DNA of 64,000 bases from Spirochaetota bacterium (GCA_016931325.1 JAFGFC010000110.1:13710-77709), one strand, 5' to 3'. Counted from the stretch's first letter, positions 1 through 10,421 are shown. A program made the numbers and translations. The notes: a model not told the origin generated them from the sequence alone.

Positions 1-1110
1 GCTGCTTCTCAAAGAGGGCAGGGAACGTTTGCCGGCAATGAGTCTTTTAATAAAATTGTACTGAGTGTAATTATATCCTCCCCACCAGGGGGTATATTCC
101 GGATTGAGCCCCCACATGGGATCGATACAGGGGGAATTATCCAGGTCTGTTCCTATCCGGTATCCGTCCATACCCATTTCTGTACCGTAAAAAATAGAAG
201 TAGGCTCATGCCAGGTCAGGGTGAACCCCAAAGCCAGTCTCATCTTCCAGGAATCACCCCCGGCCCGCCTTAATCCTCTGTCCTTATCATGATTATCAAT
301 AAAGGAGACCATAATAGGATTGACCCCATATGTATTCTGGGCATTCTGTATCTCTGACCAGAATGTCCCGGAATCAATGGACTGATAAAAGGCCCATTTA
401 ATGATCCCGCCGGCGCCATACTCTTCCAGCGGGAAATCAAAGCAACCGTCCAGTTCATCCCCGTTCTTTACATAGTCCCCTATTTTCCAGGCTCCGTCAA
501 ATATCTCGCCGAACAGGTACCGGTCAGGAAATTTTTCTTTTAACCGGTTCCTGACATACTTCCAGTATTGATGACCATGGTCCACGGGATTCCCGTCAAA
601 TTTAGCATAATCCAGCCTGAACCCTTTCACTCCCTTGGCAGACCAGTGCGTTAAAGTATCGGAAAAGTACTGCTGTACTTCGGCCATGCCGGTTGTCCAT
701 TCCGGCCAGTCTCCCCAGGGGCTGTTATAGATCCCGGCCCAGTCAGGGTTATTGTCCACAATGGGCCCGCCCCCGATGGCTGTGCCCGGCCAATCAATGA
801 TCAGATCAATACCGTTCTGTTTCAATACTTTAACAAAATTTTTGAACTCTGCTTCCGTACCAAAATACTCATCCACGTTCCACCAGTCATAGGTATTATA
901 ACCGGCCGCTCCCCCGGCCCCGAATTTCATGGGCGGGGCAATGTAGATACAGTTGATATTAAGGCTTCTTAAATAATCCAGATTATCCAGGATCCCCTTA
1001 AAGTCACCACCTTTTCTTTTTGTATCTCCTGTAGGGTCATTGGAAGGATCCCCGTTAAAAAAACGATCCACAAAGATAAAATAGATAATGGAATTCTGGA
1101 CCCAGCCGGC
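1..1110 (-). other. GH13 catalytic (beta/alpha)8 domain portion of the giant ORF
   Basis: Hand translation gives AGWVQNSIIYFIFVDRFFNGDPSND, then GFRLDYAKF (Asp codon 610-612), LFGEIFD (Glu codon 505-507) and FIDNHDKDR (His-Asp codons 286-291). These match GH13 regions I-IV. Confidence 0.85.
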
Positions 1111-4100
1111 TGAATCCGCTCCGGTGGTCGGAAAAGAAGGCACAGAGGTATGGCCAGGTTCAACACCGGTCAAAGCCAGTATTTCGCCATTGGTGGTGAT
1201 CTCACAACTGAGATAATAATCCAGAACCTGATCAGACATGCTGTCCCAGCTGTCAGAATTTGTGGCAATCACATCCAGAGCATCAGGTGTCGCATTTCCA
1301 TCAATGGCTTCGACAGAACCGCTGGAATTTTTAAAAATAGCGACACTTAGATTGATTTCCTGACTCAAAAATCTGGATGCACCACCAATCTTGCTCAGGG
1401 GTATGGCGCATTCGATGGTTCTGTCTGATGAATTGTCGTTATATATACCCTTCTGCCAGTTCCCGTAACTGGTATCACAGGCATAACAGGTGTCATATGA
1501 TGCACCCGAAAGGATCTTTATCTGATATTCCCAGTTCACCTCTGAAGAGACATAAAGATCGGCTGAAGATATACCACGGCCGATAAAGGCTCTTGTTGAG
1601 GAATAATCGTCATTATCAATAGAGACCTGGATAAAATGTTCTCCATCAGCCCATGGTTTGCTGTTGGTAAATTTAAAATAAAGGTAAAGATTATAATAAT
1701 CAAAAGCGATCTTGAATTTTTCCATATCAAGATTGGTATAGCTGTTTCTGGCATCCTGTACTTTGTCTTTCCAGATACCCATCCCATTGGAGATAAACGT
1801 GGTGTTGGCCCCTAAATTCTTATCGGCCCAGTCAGAGGAATTGCTGTCGATGGTGATACGGCTGACATAAATTCCATCACTGAAAGGGCCGTACTCTCCT
1901 GTAACGCCCAGTCCATTCTTTGCTTTTATTTTAGCGTAATAGAACTGTCCTCTGGCAAGACCTGCGGCCGTATAGAAGGTCTGGTTGCCGGCAAGTTGCA
2001 CATCATTTAAAATATTGGTCCCACCCGGCGAGGTCCCCACGCAGATATAATAGTTGGATATTCCTGTAGGATCAATGGAACAAGCCCAGTGAAAGACGAC
2101 ATCTCCATCGCCGTCTTCAAGGCCGCTGTAAGAATTATAATTGTCCTTGTTCAGGTAATCCCATACTATACCGGCGTTTGGAGAAGAGACATCAACATTG
2201 AAACGTATATTGGAAGCCATGGAGGAGAGGGTCCCTGAAAGGTCTCTGGCATAAACATGCCAGAAGTAATTGGTGAATCCATAGGGGAGATTTTCAGGCA
2301 CGGTAAAAGAGTTGCTTTTTATATTGACACGGTAGATATTCCAGCTATTGGTGGAAAGCCCGATTTCCAGGTAATAACCTGTTATATCTCCTCCGCCTGC
2401 GGCAGACCAGGACAGCGTCGGTGTCAGATCGCTTATTGTGGCATTATGGGCCGGCGAAAATCCCCCGGGGGTAGCCGGCGGATTGTTGGTCACGGTATTA
2501 TTGGCATCCAGATCAACATCAAAATAAAAATCCAGCCTGTTGTCTCCCAGTTCTTCCTCCCGGGAGGAAAGACCGCCGGCATAATTGATCAAATTCGTGG
2601 CTGAGGAAAGACCAATACCCATAACATCCAGAGCGCCATTCCCGATAAAATCTACGGAAGAGTCCACATCGTTAGCCCAACCCACATAATCTTTATAGAC
2701 AGCCAGACTGAACCGTGCTTTTTTATCTCCCCCCAGATGGCAGATACTTCGTTTTATCCTGGCTTCAGCAATATCCAGCGTTTTATGGATCAAAAAGCAG
2801 GCATTCGTGTTTGATTGAACAGTCCAATTCAGTTCCCCCGCTTTTTTTGTTTCCACTCTGGTATCACCGATCAGGCTTGAATGGAACAGAAGATTGACAT
2901 CAGCCAGTCTTTCGTCCAGGCTGCCATGGTAATTGCTGCCCAGGGTGAGTCCCATCTCATCGCCTATCTCATCTGTTCCGCCGGACTGATTGGTATCCAG
3001 GGCTACGGCAATACCGATCCTGTAATCCTCTATGATATCATGGAAGCGAAAAAGAAAGTAAAGATAAGTGCTGTCCGATTTTATATGGAATTCAGTCAGA
3101 TCGAAATTATCAGGGTGATCAAGGGAAACATCATTCCGCACGTCATTTTTCCTGTCATACCAGATGAATTCATTATTGGTGAATTTAGAAGAGTTCGTGA
3201 TAAGCGACACAGAATCCATCCATTTGTTTAAAAGCACCACGGATTTTTCTGAAGCAACAGAAGAAGAATACTGGTCCCCGTCATAAAGGTACGCAACGCA
3301 GTGCCATTTTTCTCCTGATCTTAAATTCGATATCTTTGACTGGAAAGGCTTGACGCTGTCAACAGAACTGAAGTTGGACTGGAACCCATCGTTTTTATAC
3401 CAGTCAAAGTAACAGATCAAAGGGTCACCATCCTTATCCGTGGCTGAAGTGATATTGGCTGTGAGAACATCGTTTGTAAAGACATATTGGGGAGACAGGG
3501 TTATATCCTGGGGCGGCAGAGGAGGAGAATTGCCAACAACAAATTCGAACGCATTATCTCTGGCTGTTTGCCTGTTGCTGGTGGTGGTGGAGTTCTCAGA
3601 GCCGAAATTATAGGTGATCATCCCGTTTCGGATGACAGAAGTGTAATACCTGACGATTTTATTTTTCGCAAAGTAACCCAGAGAAGATCGTAAATAGATA
3701 TTATTGCCTGATTTATGATAGGGTTTAAGAACGCTTACATTGGTTGAACTCCAGTTATTGGTCGTATAGAAGACCTCAGCCTGATCATACCCGTCATAAG
3801 GGAAGACGCCGACAGTAATAATGACCTCATCTGAAGAATCAACTGAAACAGGATTTCTCATTGTGCCCAGACCTGCCACTTCTTCTCTTCCCGGATAATG
3901 CCATGTGTTTATCCCGGCATACTGTATTCTGTATAATAATTTCGAGTTTAATGTTGAGGCGCTGTCCCCGTAATCATTGGCGCTGGGATCAAACGGCACA
4001 CAGTCAGAGACACCGGGTTTATCTTCAGCCGGCCGGAAATAAAAGATCATGCCCAGCTTGTCGTCAACAAGGCTTCCCAGCTCTTTTAAAGGGATTCTGA

Positions 4101-7100
4101 ATTCACCCCACCCATTGGTGGGAGCGGCAAAATCCTTGTTCAATTGCAGGTCAAGCTCATCCCAGCCTATTTTTGTTTCATTCCAGATATATTTTATCAA
4201 ACGGCCGAATGTCGCCTGATCGCTTTTCAGCCATCCTTCCACCCATATATCAGGCTTGAAATCCCAGCTCACCTTGGTTGTCCCGCCCGAGATAAAGGGG
4301 TCGTCCTCATTGCCAAAGGGATCATGCTTGGACTCGAAAACAAAACCCCAGTGTGACGATTTATCATAACCTGAGGAGGTCTCGTCCCAGGGGTCCTTAT
4401 GCATGGTCCATCCGATATAGAGGTAGTTTGGATCATTGGACAGATAGAGGTCTTCTGCGTAATTATAGGGGAGATTGGACTGAACAGAGGACCCGTGAGG
4501 CGTTGTGCCCCAGTCAGCATCCTTGATACCGTCAATAAAGGGCGAAAAGGGTGAGGTTGTGGCAGAGGGCACCTGCTGGGTTTCAATGGTCTGGAAACTC
4601 CACACCGGAGCGGCCGGGCTTGTCATGCCACGCCTGTCCCTTCCCCTTATCCTCCAGTAAAAGCTCAACCCGTCAGGCAGAGATTCCGTCAGGGTATAAT
4701 TGGTATTGGTCAGATTGACGCGCAAAAGCACGGTACCGTTCAGATTGGTCACAGAAGAGAGTTCCAGAAGGTATGATGTGATCACATCATCGCCGTCAAT
4801 GATCCTGTTCCATTTTAAAGTGGGGGTCAAACTAACATTGGTGGCGTTATTCGTGGGTGATGGGTTAGAAGAGGAAGGAGGCGCAAGATTCGTCACTTTG
4901 CCGTCAGAACGGATATCCAGTTCTACCCAGAAATCAATATCCCCGTCAGAGATATCCTCATTCCAGCTGCTTTTGTCATTATATTTATCATTTGTATAAA
5001 AACGGCTGATCGACAAACTGTCAACCGCATCGCAGGTGGGGTAGGTGTATGTGGAATCGCCGCTGTTGGCCCATACAGGCGGCACAGCGTTCTTGCAGAA
5101 GGCAAAAGAGAACCTCGCTTTTTTATTCCCCTTCAGGCCCACATCCTGCCGGGCGATCCTGGCTTCGATAAGGTTGTCGGTGGGATCAATATAGCAGGTG
5201 TCAGAACCGTCAGTGGGCGGGGGGAACCAGGAACCGGAGTTGGTAAAAAGCTCGATCTTGGTCACGCTCAGACCCACATCATGGATAATGACATTATATT
5301 CCCCGTAATGCGAATTAGCGTTGGCTTTGCCGTAATCCCCCCCGATCAGGATGCCGGAGTCATCAGCCATCCAGTTCATGGAGGTATCGCCGGCATTCTG
5401 GTCTGTATCGATCGAGACAGCAACATAGGGTTTCGTGATATCATTGATATCCCTGTATCGGAATAGAAGATAGATATAATTACTGTCAAAGGTGACCCTT
5501 GTCTCGGTCATATCATAATTGCCAAGATTGGCCGTATCGAAATCACCCCTTTCGTCAGAGTTCTTGTCCTTGAAGATCCATTCATTGCTTGAGAGAACAG
5601 CGATATTCACCTGGTCAGGGGATAGACCGTGCCAGTCATCATCATCACCGTCAATGATCTTGAACGCGGCCGGAGAGGTGAATGAGGCTACAGTGCTCCA
5701 AAGTCCCTGCCGGCCATGCTCATCATAGGCCTGGACACGCCAGTAGTAGAGTGTATTGGCCAGAAGAGGGGTTTCAATGGCATAGTTCGTTCCGTACACG
5801 CTTTTATTCTCGAAAAAAGTGGTGAAATTACTGTACTCGCTGATCTGGAAAACATAGAAATAAACGCTGTCGCCGTCAGCATCAACTGGCCGGCTCCATA
5901 AAAAGGCGGGATTATAATCACCTGATCTGGTACTGACGGGAAAAGCAGGATCGGGTGAGGCCGGTGAATTATTATTGGGCTGGATCACGCATGAGGCGTT
6001 AAAGTCCAGGTCAAAGAAAAAGTCGATCACACCGTCCGGTGATTCTTTTACCTCGTTCCAGGTCTCGCCTGGCTGGGGTGTGATGCAGTCCATGGCATCT
6101 GACTGGTACCGTTCCATGGTATAGCCGTTACTGTCCTGGGCCACCATCACGGTGAAACGCAAAGTGGCATTCCTGGGATCAAGGCCCAGATCGTTCCAGC
6201 TGATGGCCGCTTCGATCGTGTCGAAATAATCAGAAGAGCTTTTTACGCCATTGGTGATCCTGGTCCAGTCCTTGAGATAGTACCTCACATCAGCATACGG
6301 GATGACCAGCTCCTTTTCCCAAAAAGCATTGGTGTTCACTTTGGTGTCAGCCAGGTCGCCAAAATATTCCTGTCCGGAAGACGGGGCTAGATTGGTATCG
6401 ATACTCAAGGCGATATAGGGATAGCCGTTGGTCAGATCTTTCATCCTGACAAGGATGTAAAGGGAATTGGTATCCGAGGTGAGCCGCATCTCTGTCAGTT
6501 CATAATTATTGGTCCCGCCGGCATAGGTCAGGGTTAACCGTATATCATTATCCGCATCTTTCCAGATCCACTCGTTAGAAGAGATGACAGAACTGTTGGT
6601 CACACTGGCAGAAGTCCCTTTCCAGTCTGAAGGGTCGCCGTCTATGAGGCGGATGCCGCTCACATCATAGGAAAAATTGGCTCCGGAATGATTGTTGATA
6701 TTGATGGACATGAGGTCAGGATAGTTATCCAGGTCATTGCCAAAAGCCCAGTTGGTGGAAGTGGAGAGGATATAGTATTCCACAGTGCAGATCTTGTTCA
6801 AAGCCGGGATCGAGGCGGTATAGACCGTTGTGTTGCTTAAAACCGTGAGCACAAAATTATCAGAACCCCAGCTGTCCGTGGTGTACCGGATATAGATCCT
6901 CTCTTCAGAGCATTTGGTAGCGCTTAATTTTACTTTTATCTGGACAGGATCGGTTACGATCACCTGGCCGGCAGAGTTGTCCGTAACAGATGTGATCTTG
7001 ATGGGGGAAGAGGAGGTGGGCAGAAAGCCGAAACGTTCTGGAGTTCCTGACGGATTGGCAGGAGAGGTGACCGTGATATAGGGGTTGGCAAAGAGAAAAT

Positions 7101-7413
7101 TGGTGAATTTAGCATCGGTATTATTACCCTGATCATTCCTGGGTATGTCCCATGTCTTATTATATCCGGTGATCCAGTATCCCGCAGACCACCCATTTTG
7201 ATCCAGCCAATTATCTTTTTGTAATTTAAAATAACTTCCATTAGCCGGCTGGATGATCCGTTTCACATAACCCGGCGGGCTGTTCGTGGCATACATGGTG
7301 CTGGTCGAATTAAGATTCCAGCCATTATAAGTACCCGGGATGTACATGGCTGCTTCCATCTTCGTGACAAGTAAAACAAGTGGCATTATCAATATGATCT
7401 TGAACATTTTCAT
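1..7413 (-). CDS. Secreted multidomain GH13 (alpha-amylase family) glycoside hydrolase, at least 2471 codons, 3' end beyond window edge
   Basis: Minus-strand frame is open from ATG 7413..7411 to base 1. I hand-translated it and met no stop; it is absent from the ORF track because no stop lies in the window, and all tracked minus ORFs here are in another frame. N-terminal signal peptide MKMFKIILIMPLVLLVTKMEAA. The interior has four repeated glucan-binding-like modules plus FN3-like domains. The last visible ~370 aa carry GH13 conserved regions. Confidence 0.9.
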   Translation of the reverse strand, partial: MKMFKIILIMPLVLLVTKMEAAMYIPGTYNGWNLNSTSTMYATNSPPGYVKRIIQPANGSYFKLQKDNWLDQNGWSAGYWITGYNKTWDIPRNDQGNNTDAKFTNFLFANPYITVTSPANPSGTPERFGFLPTSSSPIKITSVTDNSAGQVIVTDPVQIKVKLSATKCSEERIYIRYTTDSWGSDNFVLTVLSNTTVYTASIPALNKICTVEYYILSTSTNWAFGNDLDNYPDLMSININNHSGANFSYDVSGIRLIDGDPSDWKGTSASVTNSSVISSNEWIWKDADNDIRLTLTYAGGTNNYELTEMRLTSDTNSLYILVRMKDLTNGYPYIALSIDTNLAPSSGQEYFGDLADTKVNTNAFWEKELVIPYADVRYYLKDWTRITNGVKSSSDYFDTIEAAISWNDLGLDPRNATLRFTVMVAQDSNGYTMERYQSDAMDCITPQPGETWNEVKESPDGVIDFFFDLDFNASCVIQPNNNSPASPDPAFPVSTRSGDYNPAFLWSRPVDADGDSVYFYVFQISEYSNFTTFFENKSVYGTNYAIETPLLANTLYYWRVQAYDEHGRQGLWSTVASFTSPAAFKIIDGDDDDWHGLSPDQVNIAVLSSNEWIFKDKNSDERGDFDTANLGNYDMTETRVTFDSNYIYLLFRYRDINDITKPYVAVSIDTDQNAGDTSMNWMADDSGILIGGDYGKANANSHYGEYNVIIHDVGLSVTKIELFTNSGSWFPPPTDGSDTCYIDPTDNLIEARIARQDVGLKGNKKARFSFAFCKNAVPPVWANSGDSTYTYPTCDAVDSLSISRFYTNDKYNDKSSWNEDISDGDIDFWVELDIRSDGKVTNLAPPSSSNPSPTNNATNVSLTPTLKWNRIIDGDDVITSYLLELSSVTNLNGTVLLRVNLTNTNYTLTESLPDGLSFYWRIRGRDRRGMTSPAAPVWSFQTIETQQVPSATTSPFSPFIDGIKDADWGTTPHGSSVQSNLPYNYAEDLYLSNDPNYLYIGWTMHKDPWDETSSGYDKSSHWGFVFESKHDPFGNEDDPFISGGTTKVSWDFKPDIWVEGWLKSDQATFGRLIKYIWNETKIGWDELDLQLNKDFAAPTNGWGEFRIPLKELGSLVDDKLGMIFYFRPAEDKPGVSDCVPFDPSANDYGDSASTLNSKLLYRIQYAGINTWHYPGREEVAGLGTMRNPVSVDSSDEVIITVGVFPYDGYDQAEVFYTTNNWSSTNVSVLKPYHKSGNNIYLRSSLGYFAKNKIVRYYTSVIRNGMITYNFGSENSTTTSNRQTARDNAFEFVVGNSPPLPPQDITLSPQYVFTNDVLTANITSATDKDGDPLICYFDWYKNDGFQSNFSSVDSVKPFQSKISNLRSGEKWHCVAYLYDGDQYSSSVASEKSVVLLNKWMDSVSLITNSSKFTNNEFIWYDRKNDVRNDVSLDHPDNFDLTEFHIKSDSTYLYFLFRFHDIIEDYRIGIAVALDTNQSGGTDEIGDEMGLTLGSNYHGSLDERLADVNLLFHSSLIGDTRVETKKAGELNWTVQSNTNACFLIHKTLDIAEARIKRSICHLGGDKKARFSLAVYKDYVGWANDVDSSVDFIGNGALDVMGIGLSSATNLINYAGGLSSREEELGDNRLDFYFDVDLDANNTVTNNPPATPGGFSPAHNATISDLTPTLSWSAAGGGDITGYYLEIGLSTNSWNIYRVNIKSNSFTVPENLPYGFTNYFWHVYARDLSGTLSSMASNIRFNVDVSSPNAGIVWDYLNKDNYNSYSGLEDGDGDVVFHWACSIDPTGISNYYICVGTSPGGTNILNDVQLAGNQTFYTAAGLARGQFYYAKIKAKNGLGVTGEYGPFSDGIYVSRITIDSNSSDWADKNLGANTTFISNGMGIWKDKVQDARNSYTNLDMEKFKIAFDYYNLYLYFKFTNSKPWADGEHFIQVSIDNDDYSSTRAFIGRGISSADLYVSSEVNWEYQIKILSGASYDTCYACDTSYGNWQKGIYNDNSSDRTIECAIPLSKIGGASRFLSQEINLSVAIFKNSSGSVEAIDGNATPDALDVIATNSDSWDSMSDQVLDYYLSCEITTNGEILALTGVEPGHTSVPSFPTTGADSAGWVQNSIIYFIFVDRFFNGDPSNDPTGDTKRKGGDFKGILDNLDYLRSLNINCIYIAPPMKFGAGGAAGYNTYDWWNVDEYFGTEAEFKNFVKVLKQNGIDLIIDWPGTAIGGGPIVDNNPDWAGIYNSPWGDWPEWTTGMAEVQQYFSDTLTHWSAKGVKGFRLDYAKFDGNPVDHGHQYWKYVRNRLKEKFPDRYLFGEIFDGAWKIGDYVKNGDELDGCFDFPLEEYGAGGIIKWAFYQSIDSGTFWSEIQNAQNTYGVNPIMVSFIDNHDKDRGLRRAGGDSWKMRLALGFTLTWHEPTSIFYGTEMGMDGYRIGTDLDNSPCIDPMWGLNPEYTPWWGGYNYTQYNFIKRLIAGKRSLPSLRSS

Positions 7414-7416
7414 ACG

Positions 7417-8370
7417 TTAAAATTTTATGCCAAATCCGGCCTTGTGGTTCAGGGCCGCCTGTTCAAACCCGCTCAGCATATAGTTCAAGGCATAATTGAT
7501 GCTGAAACGGCTCACTTCATACCCGGCTCCAAAAGCCAGATAGGTGAAATTGATGCCGGTCCGGATGGAAAATTTATCAACCGGTCTCATTTCCAAACCG
7601 AACGACAGGTCATAATCGTTCTTCAGATAGGTGAAATCAAAAAGAAGAGCGATCTCTTTCATGCCCAGGCTCTTTTTAATGGAATATTTTATTCCCGCTT
7701 TGATAAGACGCTCTATACTGTCCTCGCCCAAGATCCCGATATCCGTGCTGACAAGGTTCAGGATGCAGAGTCCCGCATCCAGATCCTCCAGAACATTAAA
7801 GAAAAGCCCCAAATCCATGGCAAAGCCTGTGATCTTTGATGAATAGCTCTTGAAAAAGGATCGATTGTAGACGTTCTCTCCATACTCGTTATGGAGATAC
7901 TTTAAAGCGATCCCCAGCGACCCTTGAGGTTCCATATTTAAAAGGCCGCTTATTTCAGAACTGAAGGCCAGCCCCAGGACCTGTATGGTGTTCAATTCAT
8001 GATAGGAAAAAGAGTGATAGTATATTCCAATAGCGGATTGAGACCCTATGGGGGACACAAGCCCCAGGCCAAGCGAGTAAATATTAACCGCATAATAGCC
8101 GTCATCAGGGGTGAGCGCGCTTTCCGAGTTCAGCCCTGTCAGGTATTGATTGTAATCCATCTCCAGCAGGGTGTTTTTAATATTATAAAAGGCAGCCGGG
8201 TTATAGTACAGAGACTCTGCCTGCCCTGAACAGGCCACAAAAGCGCCCCCTGTTCCGCTGGATCTGGCATTCTCCGGCAGGGGCAGATGATAGCTATAGA
8301 CCTGTGAACAGACGGTCAGAACAAGTACAATGACCCGGCTCATAAATACAAGTGATCTTTTCCTGCTCAT
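7417..8370 (-). CDS. PorV/PorQ-like outer-membrane beta-barrel protein
   Basis: The tracked ORF starts at TTG 8388, overlapping the upstream TGA. ATG at 8370 gives the signal peptide MSRKRSLVFMSRVIVLVLTVCSQVYS. Motif SSGTGGAFVACSGQAESLYYNPAAF resembles the PorV/PorQ-family N-terminus. Alternating strand pattern, ends ...KAGFGIKF. Its stop lies 3 nt before the giant GH13 start. Confidence 0.6.
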   Translation of the reverse strand: MSRKRSLVFMSRVIVLVLTVCSQVYSYHLPLPENARSSGTGGAFVACSGQAESLYYNPAAFYNIKNTLLEMDYNQYLTGLNSESALTPDDGYYAVNIYSLGLGLVSPIGSQSAIGIYYHSFSYHELNTIQVLGLAFSSEISGLLNMEPQGSLGIALKYLHNEYGENVYNRSFFKSYSSKITGFAMDLGLFFNVLEDLDAGLCILNLVSTDIGILGEDSIERLIKAGIKYSIKKSLGMKEIALLFDFTYLKNDYDLSFGLEMRPVDKFSIRTGINFTYLAFGAGYEVSRFSINYALNYMLSGFEQAALNHKAGFGIKF

Positions 8371-8384
8371 ATCTTTATTGCCTG

Positions 8385-8765
8385 TCAATCCACCACAATG
8401 AGGGAATTGCCGTCAGCATCATAGGCGCTTTCTCCGTTCGGATCAGCTCGCCAGTCAGAATCATCCACAACAAATTTATATTTGTATCGCCCGGGTTTCA
8501 AAGGCACGACAATTGACCAGACCCCTTCTTCATTTTTCTTCATTATAATGGCTTTTTCGCTGGCCCCGTATTCCCAGTTATTGAATTCTCCGGCCAGGGT
8601 GACGCGTCGGGCTGACGGGGCATAATACTGGAACAGTATCCCTCCTTCCACTTTTTGAGGCTTGGGAAATCTCGGCTTTACATATCTTAATATACCGCAG
8701 GATAGGACAAAATTCAAAAAAAGGACAAAGAGAACAAAGACAATTATTTTTTTCATGTGCATCAC
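8385..8765 (-). CDS. Small lipoprotein consisting of a CBM48/AMPK-type glycogen-binding module
   Basis: Signal peptide with lipobox-like VLSC. ILFQYYAPSARRVTLAGEFNNWE...GVWSIVVPLKPGRYKYKFVVDDSDWRADP matches the CBM48 (AMPK1_CBM) pattern. Confidence 0.75.
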   Translation of the reverse strand: MMHMKKIIVFVLFVLFLNFVLSCGILRYVKPRFPKPQKVEGGILFQYYAPSARRVTLAGEFNNWEYGASEKAIIMKKNEEGVWSIVVPLKPGRYKYKFVVDDSDWRADPNGESAYDADGNSLIVVD

Positions 8766-8768
8766 CTT

Positions 8769-10421
8769 TTAAAAACGGACATTCGCTCTGATCGTAATAA
8801 AATGGTTCTTTGCCAGCTCATTTTCAGCCCTGAACAGGGAGTCATATGATGCTGGTTCATACCGGTCATTCTCCAGATAGGAATTTAAAGCATATTCAAA
8901 ACCATATTGGGCATCATGCAACAGGACCGGATCCAGGCCGTAATCCAGGCCGACATTAATAGTACGGCTGATCTCATATTTCAATCCCACAAAGCCGTTC
9001 AAGAATTGTTTCCCAATTGAACAATCATTATCTTTGAAATCAAACCTGTAATCTTTGAATCGAAGGCTGATCAGAGTTGATAGATCCTTTAAAAGCGAAA
9101 AAAGGATCCCTGACCGCACTTCCAGACTGTTTATATCCCAGAGCGGCCCCTGGATCTTCCTGTACCGGGCATCCGGAAGAAAAGAGCAAAGGCCCAGATC
9201 AATACGGTTTTTTGTTGTCAGGCCCATGTCCTTTTCAATGGAAGACAGAAAGTATTTTTTATCGAAATTATACGTATCAAGATATCCGGTGATCACATCC
9301 CGGCTGGTCTGACCGGCCCAGAGAGAGGCTTTCAGGTCCAGGGATTTTGACATATACTTTATATTGAAACGCACCTGAGAGTATTCCGGATCGGTCCTGA
9401 TCACATCCACGGTATTGTTCGTGGAATCAAATTCGAATCTCTGTTCTTCACCGTTTTTTATTATAAAAGAAGTTTCCAGGACAATGTCAGACAGCTCCAG
9501 CTTGACTCCTGTGCCCATGATAAGGAAATTAAAATTGTCCGATCGCAAATAGGATTCAATGGGAATGCCGCCTTCTTTCTGGGTCAGCCTGGCAAAAAAA
9601 CCGCCGTTCTTTTTATGCATCCCGGCCTCAGCCCATAGGGTTATCATCTCCTGAGGATTAACACTGGCTTCCAGAGTGGCCCTTATCTCATTGTCATTGG
9701 CCGGATCATGCATGGAGTTGGTCATGAATTCATACCAGACACCTTCAACTTCCGCCCAGCTGTCCCGGTTCACTTCAGGAAGAGTAAAATCCTGCTGTAT
9801 GAAAACAAGATTCGCGCTTAAATCAGCCAGGCCCAGATCAAGGCCTGTTTTATTAATGAGCAGGTATTTTTCATTCTGATCATCTGCCGGAACTGCCAGG
9901 CAATTTTTTTGAGTGAGCCTGTCCTTTGAATAATAAAAAGAAAGGCCATAATGATCCTGGCCGAATTTCAAGAATTCCGGAGCCGGTTCCCCATAAAACA
10001 GAACAGGGGCAAGATATGGCTCGCCATAATCGTCCAGAAGCCTCAGCCCGTCGTCAAATTCCAGCACCCGTTTCCGATAGAACAGCTCGATCTGGCCGGT
10101 ATCATGGAAATATCCGACAAAGGCCCGGAAAGCCTTGAAAGAAGCATAGCTCAGTCGGGTATCCAGAACAAACCCGGCCTGGCCTCTCAGATCCCGGTTG
10201 TCATGAAAAAGAAAATTAAGAAAGAAAAGGTTATTGATCTCTTTTATTTTCAGGGAATCATAATCCGGGCTGTTGGTCCTTTTTTCCAGAGACAGGGTAT
10301 TAAAATAGTACAACTCCCCTGTCAAGCCCAGTTGGAATTCGGCCTGCCCTTCGATATCGCTCTGCGCCCGGCCGGGGGAGATCAGGATCAGAAAAAACAG
10401 TATGGATATTAAGGCTTTCAA
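8769..10421 (-). CDS. Large outer-membrane beta-barrel protein (paralogue of the 669-aa neighbour)
   Basis: Signal peptide MKALISILFFLILISPGRAQS. Tyr/Phe/Gly/Asp-rich alternating strands. Ends NHFITIRANVRF with an aromatic C-terminus. The C-terminal third aligns by eye with the 669-aa protein (GLDYGLD..GFEYALN...HFITIRANVRF versus GYGIDF..GFAYYLN...HFITLKGEFSF). ATGA overlap with the upstream gene. Confidence 0.6.
   Translation of the reverse strand: MKALISILFFLILISPGRAQSDIEGQAEFQLGLTGELYYFNTLSLEKRTNSPDYDSLKIKEINNLFFLNFLFHDNRDLRGQAGFVLDTRLSYASFKAFRAFVGYFHDTGQIELFYRKRVLEFDDGLRLLDDYGEPYLAPVLFYGEPAPEFLKFGQDHYGLSFYYSKDRLTQKNCLAVPADDQNEKYLLINKTGLDLGLADLSANLVFIQQDFTLPEVNRDSWAEVEGVWYEFMTNSMHDPANDNEIRATLEASVNPQEMITLWAEAGMHKKNGGFFARLTQKEGGIPIESYLRSDNFNFLIMGTGVKLELSDIVLETSFIIKNGEEQRFEFDSTNNTVDVIRTDPEYSQVRFNIKYMSKSLDLKASLWAGQTSRDVITGYLDTYNFDKKYFLSSIEKDMGLTTKNRIDLGLCSFLPDARYRKIQGPLWDINSLEVRSGILFSLLKDLSTLISLRFKDYRFDFKDNDCSIGKQFLNGFVGLKYEISRTINVGLDYGLDPVLLHDAQYGFEYALNSYLENDRYEPASYDSLFRAENELAKNHFITIRANVRF

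Noticed and set aside
1-7413. Apparent 7.4-kb ORF desert in the supplied track, which could suggest non-coding DNA, a pseudogene graveyard or stop-codon reassignment.
   Set aside because: Under the standard code one minus-strand frame is completely open from ATG 7413 to base 1 and encodes coherent domains, including GH13 motifs. The gap in the track arises because the stop codon is outside the window. Every other gene in the window also reads normally with the standard code.
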